Counted from the first letter of the stretch, positions 40,411 to 47,811 are shown. The stretch: DNA of 64,000 bases from an uncultured virus (IMG/VR IMGVR_UViG_3300025398_000930) (IMGVR_UViG_3300025398_000930); one strand, 5' to 3'. Program-made: numbers and translations. Notes: generated by a model not told the origin, from the letters alone.

Positions 40411-41178
40411 TTAGAACTTGTAGGAATAACCTACTGTATAACCTGTTACTTGAGTTGCTGAACTTGTAATATCGCCACGTTGTGCGAATAAGTCAGCTTC
40501 TAAACCTTTCCAAGCAAGACCAAGACCTGCATCTGCATACTTCTTGTTTAGTTTGAGAGCAGCAATTGTTGGTGCGCCTGGATCATTAAAACCAAGACCG
40601 ACAGCAGGAACAACTTTTAAGCCATAACCAACGCCGATTGGAAGACGTAGATTTGCTTCGTAGTTGTTGCTACGGTTCTTTGAGTCATTAAGTGCAATAC
40701 CATCCCATACAACGGTACCACCAAAGAGCTTACCATCTAATTTAACGAATGGTAGTGTGTCATTGGTTAGTCCACCAACCAAGGTTTCTGTACCTTGAGC
40801 GTGACGGAGTTGAGCACCTAATGTAAGGTTAGCAAGACCTGATGTAAAAACGTAACCAGCTGTTAAGTAGGTACGCTTTAAACCGGAAGCATCTGTGCTT
40901 GCAGTTGTAACTGATTTACCAGCTACTGTAGCGGTACTGTACTTCGTTAAACCGTTATAACGGCTAAACGTTTCAACAGCTAAGTCAACGCTATATACAT
41001 CAAGACCAATACCAGCAGTGATATAATTTGTGCCAGTTACTGCGCCTTGTTCAATAAGCTTAGAATCAAAACCAGCATTTACGCTAACACCTTTGACAGG
41101 TGATAGTACTGTTGCTGTTTGAGCAACAGCTGCTACGGTTAATGATACTAACGCGAGGAATGTTAATAGTTTCTTCAT
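40411..41178 (-). CDS. Secreted outer-membrane beta-barrel-like protein
   Basis: Signal peptide MKKLLTFLALVSLTVAAVA, alternating amphipathic strands, C-terminal beta-signal-like YTVGYSYKF. Confidence 0.75.
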   Translation of the reverse strand: MKKLLTFLALVSLTVAAVAQTATVLSPVKGVSVNAGFDSKLIEQGAVTGTNYITAGIGLDVYSVDLAVETFSRYNGLTKYSTATVAGKSVTTASTDASGLKRTYLTAGYVFTSGLANLTLGAQLRHAQGTETLVGGLTNDTLPFVKLDGKLFGGTVVWDGIALNDSKNRSNNYEANLRLPIGVGYGLKVVPAVGLGFNDPGAPTIAALKLNKKYADAGLGLAWKGLEADLFAQRGDITSSATQVTGYTVGYSYKF

Positions 41179-41184
41179 ACTCTA

Positions 41185-41192
41185 TATTTATA
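41185..41192 (-). promoter_or_regulatory. T4-type late promoter
   Basis: Exact TATAAATA 6 nt before ATG 41178. Confidence 0.6.
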
Positions 41193-41245
41193 TATTATTT
41201 GTAAAAAATATCTACTTTAATGTTGTTTTTTTCGGGAAAGGATTT

Positions 41246-41881
41246 TTAAAGCCAACTCGGGCCCTTTTGTCCTTGCTTGATTCCCATTACTTTACGCACT
41301 AAAAGCTTAAGATAGAAATAAGCTGTCAAACCAATTGAAAGTAATAAAAGTTTATTGCAGTCACCTTTTATCTTACTTGAACCAATACGATACACTACGT
41401 TTAACTTTCTACCAGTTTCGTGTTTTGCATTAGTAAGATCAACCGTACTACCGGAATAGTCTTGATCAGACCAATTGTCTACAAGTATATCTGCATTCAT
41501 TCTATTACCTGCTCCTTTTAGTGTGCCATTAATAGTAACGTTACAATTACCCTTTACACTAAAAATCTGATTACCAATATTAGATGTAGAGTTACCAAAT
41601 GTACCAGTAACTGTAGCTGTTACATTGTTGTTTGCATCTACTGTACATTCACTACCTTGATCAACTACTAAATTATCTAATGCAATATTAGCTCTATCAG
41701 CAAGTTTGAGAATGCTTGCATATTGAGTGGGGTTGTCAGGTAAAAAAACAGTACTGTTGTCAGTTGGTGCGGGTACCTGTTTAATATCAGGGCTTCCTGC
41801 TTTAAGAGACCAAACACAATTGCCTTGTAGGTCGCATGCATATGAAAGATAGTTAACGTCTATTGAAGTCGATTTACTCAT
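41246..41881 (-). CDS. Hypothetical beta-rich protein with C-terminal hydrophobic anchor
   Basis: 211 aa; TATAAATA at 41889-41896 upstream; LLLLSIGLTAYFYL segment followed by a basic tail. Confidence 0.6.
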   Translation of the reverse strand: MSKSTSIDVNYLSYACDLQGNCVWSLKAGSPDIKQVPAPTDNSTVFLPDNPTQYASILKLADRANIALDNLVVDQGSECTVDANNNVTATVTGTFGNSTSNIGNQIFSVKGNCNVTINGTLKGAGNRMNADILVDNWSDQDYSGSTVDLTNAKHETGRKLNVVYRIGSSKIKGDCNKLLLLSIGLTAYFYLKLLVRKVMGIKQGQKGPSWL

Positions 41882-41912
41882 AATAAACTATTTATACTAA
41901 TGTTTCATTAAA

Positions 41913-41946
41913 TAAAGAAACCCGACTCAGATTGCTCCAAGTCGGG
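41913..41946 (-). terminator. Intrinsic terminator
   Basis: Minus strand CCCGACUUGGA-GCAA-UCUGAGUCGGG then UUUCUUU. Confidence 0.8.
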
Positions 41947-41969
41947 CGTTATTTTTCTAACTTATAGTA

Positions 41970-42155
41970 TTAAAATAGATGTTGGTGCGGGGCTGAGATA
42001 GCTTCTTTCCAAGCTGCCTTAAACCCTACCCAAAACTTTTTAACACTTTCAACGAACTTTGTTTTTGTCTTACTGTTACCTATCTTATAGTCCTCGTATG
42101 CGAGTCTAACAAGACCACCAACAGCAAGATAACTTGTTATGATTAATACTTGCAT
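41970..42155 (-). CDS. Small hypothetical protein with hydrophobic N-terminus
   Basis: 61-aa ORF flanked by a TAAGTA motif with structured leader and a strong terminator. Confidence 0.55.
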   Translation of the reverse strand: MQVLIITSYLAVGGLVRLAYEDYKIGNSKTKTKFVESVKKFWVGFKAAWKEAISAPHQHLF

Positions 42156-42308
42156 ATGTGTTGTTTTGTTGAGAACCGCAGCCCGGGGGCTTTGGTTGTT
42201 ATGCTGGATAATGTCACCAGCACAAATACTTACTTAAGTTTCTTATATAATAATAAGAAAATCCATAGGGATAAACTATCACTTCTATTTGGATTAAAGA
42301 TAATTGTA

Positions 42309-42412
42309 ACGGCTATAGGTTGCAAGCTCGAGTGCCAATTCGTTGATACCGTGAGCAGAAAGGTGAAAAAAGCTCACATCCTTGATCCCTATAGTGTCAC
42401 CTTAACAGCCGT
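42309..42412. ncRNA. Unidentified structured RNA candidate with pseudoknot
   Basis: Nested complementary pairs ACGGCT/AGCCGT, ATAGG/CCTAT, CAAG/CTTG and GTGAGC/GCTCAC, plus a 7-bp loop pairing AAGGTGA/TCACCTT; sits 4 nt from the tmRNA 3' end. Confidence 0.4.
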
Positions 42413-42416
42413 AAAG

Positions 42417-42799
42417 TGGTGGACCTGAGGGGAGTTGCACCCCTGTGTTCCGTAACGTTCTTATCAGTTTCTACAAGCTTAGCACTATTAATAAAATGTA
42501 TACCCATAGTGCTGATATACAAGTTGTTTGGTAGTGTTCCTGCTATTCTACTACCATTGAATAGTCAGTCTCGCTGAATGACGGTTATAATATATAGCGA
42601 GAATCTATACTACAACCGATCGAGCTTAAGCAGCTGCGAGTGCGAAGCTATCGCCGAATGAAAGAGATTCTTTCACAGCAGCGACTGCGTTCTTGAGGCT
42701 TTGAATAATGCCGTTTGTTTTTGTAGTAATTTATAAAGGATTTACTAATCCTGCTTGCTTCTAATACATCTGCCACAGAGTCGAATCTGGTACAGGCCC
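42417..42799 (-). ncRNA. ssrA: tmRNA
   Basis: 5' GGGCCUGUACCAGAUUCGAC; 3' T-arm AGGGG-UGCAACU-CCCCU then CAGGUCC-ACCA with a G3-U pair; PK1-like AGGAU/AUCCU with AGUAA/UUACU; internal frame ending ..FALAAA-stop. Confidence 0.95.
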
Positions 42800-42843
42800 A
42801 TTAAAATATGTTAAAGAACAATAAGTAATATAATATATTTACT

Positions 42844-43257
42844 ATGAATAGCAACTTAAAACTGTTAGCAGAACAATATCAGTTAATTTTAGAAAAACGA
42901 GTTCAACCTGATCCTACTACAGAAGAATCACTTAAACAATTTTTAAAAAAACGTTTAGCTGGAGCAGAAAAAATTGCTAACAGTTCTGAACATAAAGGTG
43001 GGTTTGCAACACTAACAGCAATACATTACGAGGCTAAACTTAAGCCGTATAAAGAATGTAGTAAGATGGAAGATGATCCTAATAATGACTGCGATACATG
43101 TAACGCTCATTATAAGAAAATGGTAAAAGAATTGCATGCTAAATTAGCAGACATAGATAAGTTATCTCAAAAAGAATTTCAATCTCTTATGGGAGAGATG
43201 GAAGTGTATGGGGAAGTTTATATACGGGCTACTAAACCAAAAAGTTTAAAAATTTAA
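42844..43257 (+). CDS. Hypothetical protein, possible internal head protein
   Basis: 137 aa, N-terminus KLLAEQYQLILE, TAAGTA upstream. Confidence 0.6.
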   Translation: MNSNLKLLAEQYQLILEKRVQPDPTTEESLKQFLKKRLAGAEKIANSSEHKGGFATLTAIHYEAKLKPYKECSKMEDDPNNDCDTCNAHYKKMVKELHAKLADIDKLSQKEFQSLMGEMEVYGEVYIRATKPKSLKI

Positions 43258-43259
43258 AT

Positions 43260-43335
<76 letters not shown>

Positions 43336-43337
43336 GC

Positions 43338-44003
43338 TTACTTTGTACAATGAGCTACATAATAGCCATTCCACCAAAATACTTTATCTCCTGTAATTTC
43401 TGGGCCCCAAACACCTTGTTTTGTAACTGGGTATGCTGGTAAATGTACATCGTATAATACCTTTATGCCTTTATCTCTTATAGCATCTTGTGTACCACGC
43501 TGTACCTCTTCCCAATTATAGTCATCTACTATTAATATAAACTCATTCGCCAATGTATCATAATAGTTAGCTATAGCTTTGTATTGAGATTGGTAGCTGT
43601 GCTCTCCATCATAAAGATATGTGTTGATATTTTTAATTTTAAAATCAGCTGGGTTAATACCAAAGCAATCACAATCAAGAAAGTTTACTCTATTTTCGTA
43701 ATCTAAAAACGTTCTGCAATTCTTTTGAAACTCTTGACGTGGTCCATTGAACTGAATAAAATTATCAATAGCTGTATGGTACTCAGGGGTATTGTTATAC
43801 AGTGCTGAGATAGTTGTTGATCCTTTCCATACGCCAGTTTCAAGGTACCGAGCTGTATTGCCCTGTAAAGAAATAATATTGTTAAGTAAATGCCTTATTC
43901 TACTACTGGACATACCTTCCAGATCGAGAACTTCTTGTGGTAGTTTTGAAACTCCAACGTTGGCGTTATCTACCGATTTTTTAATAATTTCTGTATATGT
44001 CAT
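43338..44003 (-). CDS. Class I SAM-dependent methyltransferase (Methyltransf_24-like)
   Basis: YLETGVWKGST, IDNF, YDGEHSY, ILIVDDYNW and WWNG. Confidence 0.85.
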   Translation of the reverse strand: MTYTEIIKKSVDNANVGVSKLPQEVLDLEGMSSSRIRHLLNNIISLQGNTARYLETGVWKGSTTISALYNNTPEYHTAIDNFIQFNGPRQEFQKNCRTFLDYENRVNFLDCDCFGINPADFKIKNINTYLYDGEHSYQSQYKAIANYYDTLANEFILIVDDYNWEEVQRGTQDAIRDKGIKVLYDVHLPAYPVTKQGVWGPEITGDKVFWWNGYYVAHCTK

Positions 44004-44005
44004 TT

Positions 44006-44572
44006 TTAGCTACTTTTGTGATGTAACCAACTATTTTCTCTATAATCAAATATGTAATTGTTAGCTCCAAAATATTGATCAATAGCACGTCTTACTGAAT
44101 CATCCTTTACGTCGTGACCACCAATATAACCGCCGACTTTTATTTTAGGAAACCATGCAACCAAGTCTTGAATAACTGCTTCAAATACATGGTTAGCATC
44201 AATAAAAACAAAATCTAAAGATTTATCAGCGTATTTAGCAGCAGCTTCAATTGAAGTACTTCTAATAGGGTTAGCATATTGTCTTACTGGTGTTGTATTC
44301 TCTAAAAATAAATTATAAACAAAATCCCCCGGGTTGTCAGGTAATTGTTTCATAAACAAACCATCTGCTACATAACCAGACCACTCGTCAACGCAATCAA
44401 ATTTAATATCTTTACCCGAGTTAGCTATTTCTACGCCCATATAAGATGCAGATGCACCCATCCAACAACCCACTTCAACAAAATGTGAACCAGACGAGTG
44501 AATAGATACCATGCCGGTATATAATGTAGGAAACGAGAACCAGCCTGGTACTTTATAGTGATAATGATCCAT
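44006..44572 (-). CDS. Class I SAM-dependent methyltransferase (Methyltransf_24-like)
   Basis: FVEVGCWMGAS, DFVFIDANH..V..D and W.PKIKVGG.IGGHD; probable start MDHY at 44572. Confidence 0.85.
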   Translation of the reverse strand: MDHYHYKVPGWFSFPTLYTGMVSIHSSGSHFVEVGCWMGASASYMGVEIANSGKDIKFDCVDEWSGYVADGLFMKQLPDNPGDFVYNLFLENTTPVRQYANPIRSTSIEAAAKYADKSLDFVFIDANHVFEAVIQDLVAWFPKIKVGGYIGGHDVKDDSVRRAIDQYFGANNYIFDYRENSWLHHKSS

Positions 44573-44585
44573 TTTATAAGATATA

Positions 44586-44774
44586 TTAACGAAATAGTTG
44601 TTTAAAATCAACAAAATCGTTTTCAATACCTTCATAGTATTTATCTTGTTTATATATCTCTAATATCCGATTGTGCTCGTAGTTAGTTGTTAATATCCAT
44701 TTAGGTTCTTCACCCTTCAACATTATAACGGTGTAATCTTTCCCGTTTTTAGATGCTCTACGTATTAAGACCAT
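44586..44774 (-). CDS. Small hypothetical protein
   Basis: 62-aa ORF 5 nt after an exact TATAAATA. Confidence 0.6.
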   Translation of the reverse strand: MVLIRRASKNGKDYTVIMLKGEEPKWILTTNYEHNRILEIYKQDKYYEGIENDFVDFKQLFR

Positions 44775-44779
44775 ATTGT

Positions 44780-44787
44780 TATTTATA
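44780..44787 (-). promoter_or_regulatory. T4-type late promoter
   Basis: Exact TATAAATA immediately after tRNA-Gln. Confidence 0.6.
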
Positions 44788-44790
44788 TTA

Positions 44791-44861
44791 CTGCCCGACC
44801 TGGATTCGAACCAGAACTAAGCGAGTCAAAGTCGCTTGTGCTGCCATTACACAATCAGGCA
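44791..44861 (-). tRNA. tRNA-Gln(TTG), CCA not encoded
   Basis: UGCCUGA/UCGGGCA acceptor stem, loop CUUUGAC, GGUUCGAAUCC T-arm; followed by UAA instead of CCA. Confidence 0.93.
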
Positions 44862-44867
44862 AAAAAT

Positions 44868-44942
44868 TGGTACCCCCATCCGGATTCGAACCGGAATACT
44901 CGCAGTGAAAGTGCGATAGACTAACCATTATCCTATGAGGGC
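44868..44942 (-). tRNA. tRNA-Glu(TTC)
   Basis: Anticodon arm UCGCA-CUUUCAC-UGCGA, T-arm CCGG-UUCGAAU-CCGG, encoded CCA. Confidence 0.95.
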
Positions 44943-45011
44943 GAAAGGGACGGGAGCATCGCACTCCCGAGAGGGTTTTGTTCCGAAAACCCCTAAAGAA
45001 GATGTACAAAA

Positions 45012-45096
45012 TGGTGGGTACACTTGGACTCGAACCAAGGAAGCCGAGAGGCAGCAGATTTACAGTCTGCCGTAATTGCCGCTATACGATATACCC
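45012..45096 (-). tRNA. tRNA-Tyr(GTA)
   Basis: Anticodon arm GCAGA-CUGUAAA-UCUGC, long variable arm, encoded CCA. Confidence 0.96.
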
Positions 45097-45103
45097 AAAA
45101 AAA

Positions 45104-45179
45104 TGGAGCCCCAGACCGGACTTGAACCGATGACAGGCTGTTTACAAAACAGCTACTCTACCAACTGAGTTACAAGGGC
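45104..45179 (-). tRNA. tRNA-Thr(TGT)
   Basis: Anticodon arm GCUGU-UUUGUAA-ACAGC, T-arm UCGG-UUCAAGU-CCGG, encoded CCA. Confidence 0.95.
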
Positions 45180-45194
45180 ACTATAAAGAACTAT

Positions 45195-45225
45195 AAAAAA
45201 ACCTTAAGCTTAATGCCTAAGGTTT
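45195..45225 (-). terminator. Intrinsic terminator (attenuator 3:4 hairpin) just upstream of tRNA-Thr
   Basis: AAACCUUAGGC-AUUAA-GCUUAAGG followed by U7. Confidence 0.8.
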
Positions 45226-45259
45226 AAAGTAAAAAACTGACTGATACTTTAGACCTTAG
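45217..45259 (-). promoter_or_regulatory. Antiterminator (2:3) hairpin of a putative attenuator
   Basis: CUAAGGUCUAAAGUA (45259-45245) pairs 14 of 15 bases with UACUUUAAACCUUAG (45231-45217), which overlaps the terminator 5' arm. Confidence 0.75.
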
Positions 45260-45326
45260 CGCCCGAATAACAACGTTCCCAATATGATTGAGTCATTGTT
45301 ATTTGCACTGTAGGTTGTTGTGTCAT
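45249..45326 (-). CDS. Putative attenuator leader peptide MTQQPTVQITMTQSYWERCYSGAKV (25 aa)
   Basis: ATG 6 nt after a TAAATA motif (45333-45338); stop codon lies inside the antiterminator 5' strand; codons match the downstream tRNAs. Confidence 0.7.
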   Translation of the reverse strand: MTQQPTVQITMTQSYWERCYSGAKV

Positions 45327-45356
45327 TAAAAATATTTACTATAGTATCGTTACTTT

Positions 45357-45653
45357 TTAGTAAACGTCAAGCTTTTTTGTCTTACCCTTAGCTTTTGGTG
45401 TAACTTTTTCAAGAAGAAGTGTTTCTTTTTTAGGTGGTGTTGCTACATTACCGTTTATTAAATCATAAATTTGTTCGGGTGTCTCTTCAACTTCCCAAAC
45501 TCCATGGGGTGGACAGTGTATAGTAGTAACGGTCTCAATTGTACCGTCATCGCGTGTAACTTTGTTGGTTATCGCGTTTACAAGAAAGTCAGTATTAATC
45601 AATACAGTTAGCCCTTTATACTGAGGAAAGGAGTTAGTCAATTTAATGATCAT
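45357..45653 (-). CDS. Hypothetical protein
   Basis: 98 aa with IKLTN..IN and W.VEETPEQI patterns; promoter immediately upstream. Confidence 0.65.
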   Translation of the reverse strand: MIIKLTNSFPQYKGLTVLINTDFLVNAITNKVTRDDGTIETVTTIHCPPHGVWEVEETPEQIYDLINGNVATPPKKETLLLEKVTPKAKGKTKKLDVY

Positions 45654-45659
45654 ATATGT

Positions 45660-45687
45660 ATAATAACAGTTCTTTTCAATAAGTCAA
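45660..45687 (-). promoter_or_regulatory. Sigma70-like promoter with 16-bp spacer
   Basis: TTGACT-N16-TATTAT with a TG extension, 6 nt before ATG 45653. Confidence 0.55.
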
Positions 45688-45936
45688 CTAAAACTTAACA
45701 TCTCCTACCCCTATGTTGTTGCCGTTGCGTTGTATAAGCAATACACGTTTTGGTAGGTTTTCTTCAGCTATAAATTTTCTTGCTATCTCTACAGCACTAT
45801 TCGAGTCGGTATATTTTGTTGCTTTATTAATATCACGCATCCATGTACCATCACTATAAAAAAGCCCTTCCTCAATAGGGTTACGAGCATTCATATATTT
45901 TATAGATGCGTCCATTACTACAAATTCTGAGTTCAT
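45688..45936 (-). CDS. Hypothetical protein
   Basis: 82-aa ORF within the minus-strand gene run. Confidence 0.6.
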   Translation of the reverse strand: MNSEFVVMDASIKYMNARNPIEEGLFYSDGTWMRDINKATKYTDSNSAVEIARKFIAEENLPKRVLLIQRNGNNIGVGDVKF

Positions 45937-45938
45937 TA

Positions 45939-46502
45939 TTATAAATTAATCACCTTACATAATTCATCAAGTGAATTAACCATAACATCTGCTAACCCAG
46001 CATCGATAATTTCTTTACCTACATAATAGCTATATTCAGAAGCAAGACTATGTTCTCTGTGTTTATAGCCATAATCTAATAGTATATCTGCTACATAATG
46101 TTCTTGTTTCTCTTGGTACTCCATTTCGCTTTTCTGTACTTTATGTGGCATCTCAGATAATGTGTATATTGATCCGTGCATCATAGCTACAGCACCTGGC
46201 ATAACAATACGTTTACCTTTCGTACCCGCTGCAAGTATCAATGTAGTTATACTTTGTGCGTTTGAAGGAACCAATACAGCTACATCTGATCTTAGTAGCT
46301 TAAAAGAGTTAACAATAAACAAGCCATCTTCAACACTACCACCAAAAGAATTGATGATTACAAGTATATCTTTGTCTGATTTCTTGTCTAACTCAAAAAG
46401 CTGTTTTACCAGTTCAATAGAATTGATTTCAGTAACTTCTCCGTTAAGAAAAATTACCCGATCACTTCCAAGCGTTTTAACTGTTTTTCGATTTGTAGGC
46501 AT
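45939..46502 (-). CDS. ClpP-like protease subunit, divergent
   Basis: RVIFLNGEV, INSFGGSV, AQS..LILAAGTKGKR, MMH and GLAD. Confidence 0.85.
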   Translation of the reverse strand: MPTNRKTVKTLGSDRVIFLNGEVTEINSIELVKQLFELDKKSDKDILVIINSFGGSVEDGLFIVNSFKLLRSDVAVLVPSNAQSITTLILAAGTKGKRIVMPGAVAMMHGSIYTLSEMPHKVQKSEMEYQEKQEHYVADILLDYGYKHREHSLASEYSYYVGKEIIDAGLADVMVNSLDELCKVINL

Positions 46503-46744
46503 TTGATGTTATTGAGGTTTTTTTCTATTTCACGAGCGGTTTTAATCTTTATCATTAAAGCATCAGTACGAATATTAACATAATCTTGAATATCTAAAGG
46601 TTTGATATACTTCATACCTTCTTGACTGTCAAAGACTATGCCTCTATCTTCGCATTTATCAGCTATAATGTTAACAGCTTCTAATAAAGCTGCCCATCGA
46701 GCAAATTCGTAAAGTGATATCTTATTTGTAGTATTAGTTTCCAT
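46454..46744 (-). CDS. Hypothetical protein
   Basis: 96-aa ORF overlapping neighbours in the operon. Confidence 0.6.
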   Translation of the reverse strand: METNTTNKISLYEFARWAALLEAVNIIADKCEDRGIVFDSQEGMKYIKPLDIQDYVNIRTDALMIKIKTAREIEKNLNNIKCLQIEKQLKRLEVIG

Positions 46745-47159
46745 TATTAAGTGAAATTGTATTAAGTGTGGGTGCGTCGTAAATAGGATCGGTGACTAAA
46801 GCAGTCTCTGCAACTAAATAAACAGAATTTTTAGCACCACAAAAACCACAAGTGAAGCGATTTTCTTGATCTGTACGCACTATTACGTCGCTTTCTTTTT
46901 TACAAGATGCGCAAACAGCTTTAACCGTGTTTCTTTGCGCTAACTCAGCCTCTTTTAGTCTAATCATTCTCATATCACGTGCTGCTTTGTACTCTAAGAA
47001 AGCATTAGACACGTAAGATACTAAAAACTGAGTAACAAATGCTATTGCAAACCACATCCAAAAGGGGTAGCCGAATAGCTTAACAATGCCACCTACAAGC
47101 GCAGATATAACCACCGTTACGCTCAATGACGTTAATAATAATTTAAGTTTTTCGTTCAT
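46734..47159 (-). CDS. Membrane protein with a C-terminal zinc ribbon
   Basis: Two hydrophobic helices, then CASC..CGFC. Confidence 0.65.
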   Translation of the reverse strand: MNEKLKLLLTSLSVTVVISALVGGIVKLFGYPFWMWFAIAFVTQFLVSYVSNAFLEYKAARDMRMIRLKEAELAQRNTVKAVCASCKKESDVIVRTDQENRFTCGFCGAKNSVYLVAETALVTDPIYDAPTLNTISLNNGN

Positions 47160-47183
47160 AAGACCGCTATTAAAGCGAACTTA

Positions 47184-47627
47184 TTAACGAGGTGCAAGAG
47201 AAAAAGCTTTTAATTCTGCAGCTAAATTTTTACATTCGACCATTATTCCGTTTAATTTTTTACGGAAGTGTTCGAGTTTTGCTTCTCTACCCTTAAAAAA
47301 TGGTAATACTGCTGCGTCTCGTGCTTTGTTTCTGATGTCTTGCGCCTTTAAATAAAGATCTGCAAGTTCTCTGACAGTATCTTGCATCGGAAACGGTAAA
47401 TTTTCAGGTGTTTGATTTTCTTTTGTTTTATTTTTAAGTTCCTCAATTCTGTTCAGTGTAGGAACTGTATCTCTTGCAAATTCATACGGAGATGACGTTT
47501 CTGGTTTACCACCAGTCATACCACCTGTTTCATAACTTGATTCTTTAATTTGCACACCCTTTTTACTGGTGTGGGTTATTACTTCATCAAGGATTTTCTT
47601 AGTTTTTCTTGTTTTCACTGTTAACAA
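47184..47627 (-). CDS. Hypothetical protein, start uncertain
   Basis: 147-aa ORF. Confidence 0.5.
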   Translation of the reverse strand: MLTVKTRKTKKILDEVITHTSKKGVQIKESSYETGGMTGGKPETSSPYEFARDTVPTLNRIEELKNKTKENQTPENLPFPMQDTVRELADLYLKAQDIRNKARDAAVLPFFKGREAKLEHFRKKLNGIMVECKNLAAELKAFSLAPR

Positions 47628-47811
47628 TACTTACTACTCCGTTTAAGAATCTACTGTTACATCTTGGACAAATCCAATTAGCTTCTGTAACAATGTCTTT
47701 ACCTCTTCTTACTTGTGTAACACGTGGGTGAACCGGACCTGTACCACATGTTGAACAGGTTGCTGGACGTGGTTCTATTGTATTTTGTAACATAGACAAA
47801 TATTTACTCAA
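47599..47811 (-). CDS. Small zinc-ribbon protein
   Basis: CSTC..CPRC motifs. Confidence 0.6.
   Translation of the reverse strand: MSKYLSMLQNTIEPRPATCSTCGTGPVHPRVTQVRRGKDIVTEANWICPRCNSRFLNGVVSIVNSENKKN

Noticed and set aside
42150..42428. 92-aa plus-strand ORF
   Set aside because: TTG start, overlaps the tmRNA 3' end and the structured elements, and shows no protein-like motifs.
44788..45009. 73-aa minus-strand ORF
   Set aside because: It runs through tRNA-Glu and tRNA-Gln and is likely spurious.
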